A stretch of DNA of 64,000 nucleotides. Origin: Mayamaea pseudoterrestris (taxonomy: Eukaryota). A program made the position numbers and the translations under genes. Shown piece after piece: positions 56,401 through 64,000 of this stretch. The stretch is from assembly GCA_027923505.1 (NCBI GenBank), contig BROI01000001.1:2728001-2792000 (forward strand). Reading direction: 5' to 3'. Every line of letters starts with the position of its first letter. Position 1 is the first letter of the stretch. A model generated the notes under the pieces. The model ran no database searches. It worked only from the letters and a program-made list of their open reading frames with translations, and was not told the DNA's origin.

Positions 56401-59400
56401 TCTAAAGGACGAAGGTGACGACGAGGATGACGATTCCGCTGTCAGCGAAGGTGAATTTGAGCCCGACACAGATGACGAGGAAATGGCCAATGACGTGCCA
56501 AGGTTACAAAATTTGCCTGAGATTGCTCATGGAGTCCAACAAGAACAGTCAGATTCACATCCTGTCAAATCTGCTTCAATTGATAGTCCACAACCCCTCC
56601 TGGACACATTGTCCCTCCGACCAGCCTCTGTTACAGCAAATGTCGAAGACGGGTGCATAAAAGCGCAAGTTGTCGCGCTCCCCATGGAGACGACGCGATC
56701 GCTGGCTTTTCGGATGCTGCAGGAAGACGTCGGGTACAGCAGTGACGAAGGTGGCGACGAAGAAAACGTTTACTTTGTCGATGGGGTTGACGATACGTTC
56801 ACTAGCCTGCAGAGTATAGAAATTGGCTCGGAAGATACTGAAGACACCAAAAACGCAGTAGCAGCGACCATACCTGCTCGACAAAACGAGTTTTCAGCTC
56901 AAGGGAATCGCGCGAAACTGGCATGTGCCATCGCCCTATCTTCGCATCCTCCTGACAGCAACGACTTCGATGGCTTTCCTTTGAATAGTCGTAAAGCGCT
57001 GGAAGTAGAGAATAAATTAGATGCTGTCGCTGATAATTTATCACCGACGAAAGCAAAGAGGTCGACCGTCAAGATTGAACAGGTCGACATCTCAACTGGA
57101 AATGTAGTTCATATATGGGCAAATGTTGAGGCAGCAGCAGCAACGCTCCAGCTATCACTGCCCCAACTTCGAAAGGTTCTAAGTGAGGAATACGACGAGG
57201 ATGTCGGCGATGAGATTGGTGGTTATAAATGGCGATATGCACTTGCTGGAGCCAAACCGACAGCTGGAGCAGCAGCGTCTAGTCGCAATGGCGGTAGCAA
57301 GAAGGCGAAGGAAGCTTGGTTAGAGTTTCGCGATAAGCTGTATGATCCTGCCGAGCCTCATCTTTACAAAAACGCAAATCGCTTAAGAGATTATCAAGTT
57401 GATGGCGTCAACTGGCTTGCAAGCACTTGGTACAAGCGACAAGGGGCGATCTTGGCCGACGAAATGGTACGTAGTTTACCTGTATGTGGCTCCACGATTG
57501 TTTTCCGTTCGGCAATGCCTGAACTTCGTTGAATGCTTTTTACATTGTTGCAGGGTTTAGGAAAAACGGTTCAGATTGTCTGCTACATCGAACACATCTT
57601 TCGAGTGGAGAAAATTCGTAGACCGTTTTTGGTGGTCATACCTTTGTCAACTGTTGAACACTGGAGACGCGAGTTTCAAGGCTGGACTGATATGGTTTGT
57701 TGCGTCTACCATGATCGTCAGCGAATCTGGCGCGATGTCTTGCGCGAATATGAGTGGTATTTTGAAGACCGGCCGCACACTGCTGAGTTTCTAAAATTTG
57801 ACGTGCTGATTACAACGTATGACACGCTTGTGAGTGACTTTGATATTATTAGTCAGATCCCTTTCCGCGTTGCAGTTGTCGATGAAGCCCATCGCCTCCG
57901 AAATCAAAAAGGAAAGCTTCTGGAGTGTATGCGAGAAATAAGCGCGAAGGGAACCATGCAATATGGTTTTCAGAGTCGCATATTGATGTCTGGAACACCA
58001 TTGCAAAACGACTTGAATGTGAGTTTATGCGACGAATGTTATGCATTTTTTGTTCTGTGGATACTGATGCGTCTTTTGTTCTTCTTTATAAAAGGAATTG
58101 TGGAGTCTCTTAAACTTTATCGAACCGTCGAAGTTCCCTGATCCCGATGACTTTATAGCCAAATTTGGCAACATGGCCAACAAGGAACAAGTCGAATCCC
58201 TTCAAATGATGATTTCGCCCTTTATGCTACGCCGTGTGAAAGAAGATGTGGCCAAGGATATTCCTGCGAAGGAAGAAACTTTGATTGATGTTGAACTCAC
58301 CAGCATTCAAAAACAGTATTATCGGGCTATTTTTGAGCGCAACCACGCCTTTTTAAGTATGGGAGGCAATCGACAAGTCGCACCGAAGTTGATGAACATA
58401 CAGATGGAACTTCGAAAGGTATGCAATCACCCTTTCTTGCTCGATGGCGTCGAGCACAAGGAGACCGAAAGGCAGTATAAAGAGTTTCTCGAGAGCGGAT
58501 CTTTCGAAGGAAAATCGCCGGAAGAGCAGCAATACATGCTTAACCAACATGGCTATATAATGAATAGCGGAAAGATGGTGCTGTTGGACAAGCTGCTACC
58601 TCGGCTTAAAGCAGAAGGCCACAAGATCCTCATATTCAGCCAGATGGTTAGGATGCTCGACCTTTTGGCGGAATACTGCGAGTTCAGAAATTATCGTTTC
58701 GAGCGGCTGGATGGTAGGATTCGTGGTGCTGAACGGCAGAAGTCGATTGATAGGTTCGAGCGCGATGAGAACAGCTTTCTATTCTTGCTCTCCACGAGGG
58801 CAGGAGGAGTAGGTATTAACTTGACTGCTGCCGGTAAGTATCTCCCTGCCTTTGTATGATGAAAGTTGCGCTATACGTGTTTCTCACTATTATTATTTTC
58901 CCTGTCACACGCAAGATATTTGTATCATATTTGATAGTGACTGGAACCCACAAAATGACGTGCAGGCGCAAGCGAGGTGTGTCGAGAGCGTCTTCAGTTG
59001 CGCATTTTGCAGAGACGTTTTACAGATCGCGCCTCACAAATCCTTTCAACGTGATTATTTACAGATGCCACCGGATCGGTCAAACCAAAGATGTCAAGAT
59101 ATATCGATTAATTACCAGTCGTAGCTTCGAGCAGGAGATGTTCGACCGTGCGTCGCGAAAATTAGGTCTTGAACAGGCCGTGCTCGGAACTTTTGAGCAA
59201 GGAAATGACGACAAACCAACGAACGAAGAAATGGAGCAATTATTAAAGAAAGGGGCATATGCTTTGCTCGAGGACGAGAATGACGAAGTGATGCAAGAGT
59301 TTTGTACTGATGACATTGATTCCATCCTCAAGAAGCGCACACGTACCCGTGTTGTTGAAGGGGCTAAGACGTCCACTTGGCTTAATAAATCCGGCATGAT

Positions 59401-61932
59401 GGTTAGTAAATCTAAATTTACAACCGAGGACGGTGAACAACTTGATATGGACGACCCGCAGTTTTGGCAAAAAGTAATGCCGGACTTTGTGACGCCAGCG
59501 ATCCTTCTCAAGAAACTTAATGATCTTACGGACGAGCTTGAAGGAACATCCGCTAAACCGAAAGGTCCTGGACGTGGTCGCTGGCGTAAGAAACTTTTAC
59601 CTGTCCCAGAGGAGGCTGCAGTTGCTGCAGATGACGGTAGCAAGGACGCAGCTGCCAGCAATGGGGCTGAGAAGCAAACTGGCCAAGACGTTGAAAAGAC
59701 GGAAATGATGAATTTGGACAAAGAAAATCGGGACGAGCACCCAGACGGCTCGCTGATAAAGGAGCTTATGACAAATGAAGTACTTGATAACTTGACGGAT
59801 TTTGAGGACGACTCGACGACTAACAAAGTCGAATTGTCGAAGACGAGTATCCGAAAGATTCAGAAGTTTATCAGCGACTTAAAAAGTATGATGGAAACAA
59901 TTTTTGATGAGGCTGATGACGAGGAGCTTTCAATGGCTGATAAAGATGTGTGCCAGCGTCTGCTGTTCACCGTTTCGGTTAAAGAAAAAATCTTCAGCGA
60001 GGAGCAACGTCGGTTTGCGAGAGTGTGCTTGAAGCAGCTAGAAGGCGATCGGAAACGTCGATGCCGCACATCCGATGCATCGCGTGCAACCCCATCCGCC
60101 GACGAGACAAAACGATCATCGGGCTTTATCCCTGACCATCTCATGTTCAAGAAGAAGGAACGCAGACGACGTCGTAAGCGAAACGCCGCCGGAGAGCTTG
60201 TAGATCCAGACGACCTTGTTGAGTCCGAGCAGAAGAAGCCACGTGCCGCAAATGGTGGCGCATACGTAGGGGAGGACGGCTATTTGCATCATTCGGATTC
60301 TGGCGAGGATTGGTCGGACGTTGGCGAGGATCCGTACACTTCAGCCATAAAAAGGGAGCGTATCACCCGCAAAGAAGCCCGTCGGCGCCGCCAATGGGCT
60401 CATGACGACGATGCCGCCACAGCCGCGGGTCGCCCTTGGCCAGTCATCCCGCGTAATCTTGTGAAGACCGTCCTCGCTGCTGTCATCGATAACGTACTTA
60501 AGTACGATAGCGAGAACGGAGGTGGAATTTTTTCGGTCCCCGTGCCGGAAGGTGAGTTTCCCGATTATTACGAGCAAATCAAGCACCCCATGGATTATGG
60601 CACCATGAAGACAAAACTCGACAATGGGGAATATCGTTCAGCGCAGGCAATGCAGAAGGACTTTATCCTCATCTTGCAGAATTGTAGGCAGTTTAATTCG
60701 ATGACATCGGACATTGTGAAGGAAGCTAGAAAGCAGCATTTGCTCAGGCCTACGTTTCTTAAAGACGCCGCTGAAAAGAACAATCTCTTCCTCGCTGAAG
60801 ACGGGTCAGTGCTGGAAATATTTGACGACGAATTGAAGGATGCGACCAAAAAAGTATCTAAAACGTTAGGCGAAGCAGGAGAAGGCGAAGCTTTAAACAT
60901 TGTACGTCAGATAGCATGCTTGCGTAATGTTCTTTTCTCGTGTCTCACGTTGTTGACACTCTTCACAGAAGCGACTGAAGAAGGCAAAGAATGCGCGGGT
61001 AGGCACGGTAGATGATGATAGCGCCGAGACTATTATTCAGAGGCCAAGTAAAAAGATCAAGAGAAATGCTGAAACAGTAGGTGACGAGGTATCGAAACCG
61101 CGCATCAAGCTCCGCATTAGCGCTAACAAGGACGGCGAGACGATGAGCAGGACCAAGGCTGATGGTGGCGCGAAGAATTCGAAGCGAAAGCGTGACGACG
61201 AGGATGCCAAAACTGACCAGATTGTAATTGAAATTGCTTCCGAGCCCAAAAAGAAAAAACAGAAGAAACCTGCTGGCAAGAAGGAGTCCATCGATGACAC
61301 TACAGCGGAAGGTGAAGCAAACAATGCATTGCCAGCGAATGACAGCGAAGTTGCATCGGGTGATGCGGACAGCTTATATCTTGATATAGCTCAGTGGAAA
61401 TCCGAGCGAGAGAGTCTCGACGGAAGCTTTGACTCGGCTAGGGCGTTATTTACGATGTACGGTCCATGGAGGTTGCCGCAAAGCATCGACGAGGATAAGT
61501 TTGCTGAGATAGCCAAGGCAACGCTTCTGAAAATGGACAGGTGTGTATACGCTGGCATGTAATCGCGACGAATACCTGCATCGGATGAATGGCTCACACT
61601 TATGGCTCGACTTTCTTCGATTCCTCAGACACGACCGATACGATGTGTTTGCGAGTCCAGTGAAGGACGAAGAGGTACCCGACTACAGTGAAACAGTCAC
61701 GAACCCAATGGATTTCGGCACAATGCGAAAGAAGGTGGAAAAGGGCGCGTATGGCAAAGGAGATAAGGCAATTGCTGGTCTCTACCACGACTTCCTACTT
61801 GTATTTGAGAACTGTCGCCTCTACAACACGGACGAGGGTGAAATAATAGAGGAGGCGATTCGCATTTTTGGATTCTTGTCGGAAGCATATGTCAGTTCAT
61901 GCATGGCCGTCGCCAAAAAGTACAGCCATTAA
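53421..61932 (+). CDS. Multi-domain CHD-type SNF2 chromatin remodeller; introns 54364-54436, 55036-55108, 57467-57553, 58019-58094, 58834-58915, 58977-59064, 60902-60968, 61541-61628
   Basis: Chromodomains ([31 protein letters not shown]), HMG box, PHD, three bromodomains. SNF2 motifs [56 protein letters not shown]. All eight GT-AG introns keep the frame. Confidence 0.93.
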
Positions 61933-62138
61933 TTATCGTTTTAAAATAATCACTAGTATTGTTAATGAAGTGCGAGTAATGCACAATGCACAATAATGTC
62001 CTCAGCGCAGTCGTCAACAACTATTCCGCTTTGCCAACGGGGCAAGAAAGACTAGGGTCGAGGTTTCAGCCCTCCAAGTTGATTGCAGTGAACTGTTTGG
62101 CTCATGCTTCGTTCGGACCGTATCTATCTTCCGGATTC

Positions 62139-62723
62139 TTATGTCTTCGTTGGGAATCGACCAGACGGCTGCATGATTGCCAAAAAGCCATCCAACTGCG
62201 GATCGGACGCGAGCAACTCTGGCGTTAATTTGTCATTCACTTCGACAATCGATCCACAAACGCAAAAAGGCAGCGACAAGCTACTTCCATCCTTCATGAC
62301 AACTTTTGCTAGAATATCCATTGGTCGTTTGCTGCCAGAGTTGGATTGACCTTTTCGCTTCTGTAGCTTCTTTGCCTTGTTTGATCGGCTGACGACGGAT
62401 GACTCCGCCAGCATTTGAATGGATTCGATGTTAAATCGTCCGACGCCATCTCCAGCAGTCACAACACACAAGCCGTTTGCATGTCGATGGACAATGGGAT
62501 CGATCGAATGAGGAATTTGTGCTACGCTGTCGTCGCTGAAGGCTGCACGGTCGATTTTGACGCGAAAACTTTCTTCGAAAAAGCAATGCGGCGTTCCGGG
62601 ACGTCCAGTCGATGAAATAGGTTCAAACGTAAAACCTTCATAAGGATTTTTATGCGTACCATCCCTGACCCGTTTCTGTCCGCTAATCATAGCCGGTGAA
62701 TCGCTGCATGCTGCTTCCGCCAT
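62139..62723 (-). CDS. ABITRAM: Abitram/FAM206A-like protein (glycine-cleavage-H-like fold)
   Basis: HRHANGLCVVT, basic KAKK segment, CVCGSIVEVNDKL.PELLASDPQLDGFLAIMQP. Confidence 0.8.
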   Translation of the reverse strand: MAEAACSDSPAMISGQKRVRDGTHKNPYEGFTFEPISSTGRPGTPHCFFEESFRVKIDRAAFSDDSVAQIPHSIDPIVHRHANGLCVVTAGDGVGRFNIESIQMLAESSVVSRSNKAKKLQKRKGQSNSGSKRPMDILAKVVMKDGSSLSLPFCVCGSIVEVNDKLTPELLASDPQLDGFLAIMQPSGRFPTKT

Positions 62724-63270
62724 GGTCAATCTTTGTGTGATGGTTGATGGACGATGGAGTGTAGAAACCAGAGTGTCTCGTCTATGTCGCACTGCGTTTT
62801 AAGATACCACACAACATGCGCTTCTCGAGTATCTGCTGTCTTGTTGGGTTTGTCAATCGAACAACCAAACAATTGAGAGGGCGTGGATGTGGTGATGATG
62901 ATAAAATGCCAAGTTTTAATTGAATCGACCATAGTTTGCCGTTCCTGTTGGAATTTCGTGAGCATTTCGGCAGATCGCAGGAGACGAGGAGCTGTGCCAA
63001 TGATCAAAATTGTCCTGCTTCCCACTTTTCAATGAGTCGATCAGAAGGAGAATATGCGACTACGACATACAATCCTGACGACTTGGCAATATGGTACGCA
63101 CGGAACGTACAAGATACAAACGGCAGCTAAAAATTGGAATAAAGAATTGACTTTAATTCGCTTGCCGACAGAACCATTGCAACTACTTGTATCATCAATG
63201 CATTGATTCGCAATATCCAAAGTTGCTTCATAAACCTTGATTGTATTCCTCCTCGACCTTGTCGCTTCCT

Positions 63271-63571
63271 TTATTTCTTGCCTCCGCTGCCACCACCACT
63301 GGGCGGAGAGTAGTTGGAATATCCAGTGCCACTGTTGTAGTAGGTCGAGCCGTTGTCATTGCTGTAGTAGTAACTACCGTTGGAGTTGGAGTCTAGTGAA
63401 TGGATATAACAAAGAGAGCGAAGAGTCAGATATTGAAGTGGATCTTTCCGGTGAATCATCAGTGTCGACGCCTTCGTGGAGCAACTTACAATGGTAGCTG
63501 CCACCGTTCGAGTTGGTACCACCGGGCGTGTTGTAGTGGTTTCCCTGGCTGTTGGTTCCGCTGTTCGGCAT
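63271..63571 (-). CDS. 67-aa Asn/Ser/Gly/Tyr-rich microprotein; exons 63571-63490, 63392-63271
   Basis: Intron 63393-63489 (GTAAGT...CTAG) gives MPNSGTNSQGNHYNTPGGTNSNGGSYHYSNSNGSYYYSNDNGSTYYNSGTGYSNYSPPSGGGSGGKK. Confidence 0.85.
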
Positions 63572-64000
63572 CTTGTCAAGTCGTTAATGTGTTTGAGAGG
63601 GTCGCTGCTGCGGTGGGAGTGGCTCAAGCGTTGCTCGATCAGTTTTGTGAGAACCTGCGAGAGAAAGATCCAGCCACGGTCCTTGAGGCAAAGATCCAAT
63701 CGTGTGAAGAGTTAACTTCCGATTCGATCCTTCCAATGCTCAGCCGTTTTAGGCTCGACGCGCGCGAGCGCGGGCAAGACACGAGACGACATCGCAACGC
63801 GACTCCGTTTTATTCAACACGATTTCACCATGGGAAAAACAATTTGGCCACCGCCACAAGTATTGTAGCATGAACCATACTCCGTAACTTCTTCATGCCT
63901 GCAAAAAGTTTGATGGAACTAACCGGCAGCGTAAAATATCATTTGAAACCCAATATTCGGAAGCGTCGGCGTCAAGACAACGACACTTTACCTGCTCCTG

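Noticed and set aside
53421..61932. Eight or nine separate genes as suggested by the ORF track
   Set aside because: Canonical GT-AG introns join all pieces in frame and restore split SNF2 and bromodomain motifs.
1..64000. tRNA, rRNA, operon or prokaryotic defence system
   Set aside because: No cloverleaf or rRNA signatures were seen by eye. The genes contain introns, are eukaryotic and appear functionally unrelated to their neighbours.

Overview
Gene-dense eukaryotic nuclear DNA, very probably from a diatom (inference). The evidence is short GT-AG introns of about 70-210 bp, several bipartite signal + ASAFAP-like plastid presequences, and a Ty1/copia element of the diatom CoDi type. The supplied ORF track uses bacterial-style starts and ignores introns, so most of its short ORFs are shadows; gene models below were re-spliced by hand. 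The first 5.6 kb are the 3' part of a copia retrotransposon (protease-integrase-RT-RNase H, PPT, probable 3' LTR) with frameshifts clustered in RNase H. About 24 host genes follow: ankyrin + DEDDy exonuclease, TMEM151-like, a plastid-targeted atypical kinase, START/SRPBCC protein, coiled-coil protein, CRY-DASH, HA-repeat protein, ataxin-2/Pbp1, TTC1-like, LETM1-like, phytol/farnesol kinase, MORN protein, Cys/Met PLP enzyme, GT60 GlcNAc transferase, MATE, leishmanolysin, DENND4-like, a multi-domain CHD remodeller, Abitram, a 67-aa N/S/G/Y-rich microprotein and several hypothetical proteins. No rRNA, tRNA or CRISPR was found. The best leads are: (1) a plastid kinase fused to a beta-domain resembling the pyrenoid-shell (PyShell) repeat; (2) a 7 x 42-bp TGACG-containing array in a bidirectional promoter; (3) a CHD protein with HMG-bromo-PHD nested inside chromodomain 2 plus PDZ-like and NUMOD1-like domains; (4) a hydrophobic, FFAT-like extension in the copia polyprotein; (5) a Mut-7-like exonuclease directly behind the LTR. 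All family calls are motif recognition from memory, without database searches.
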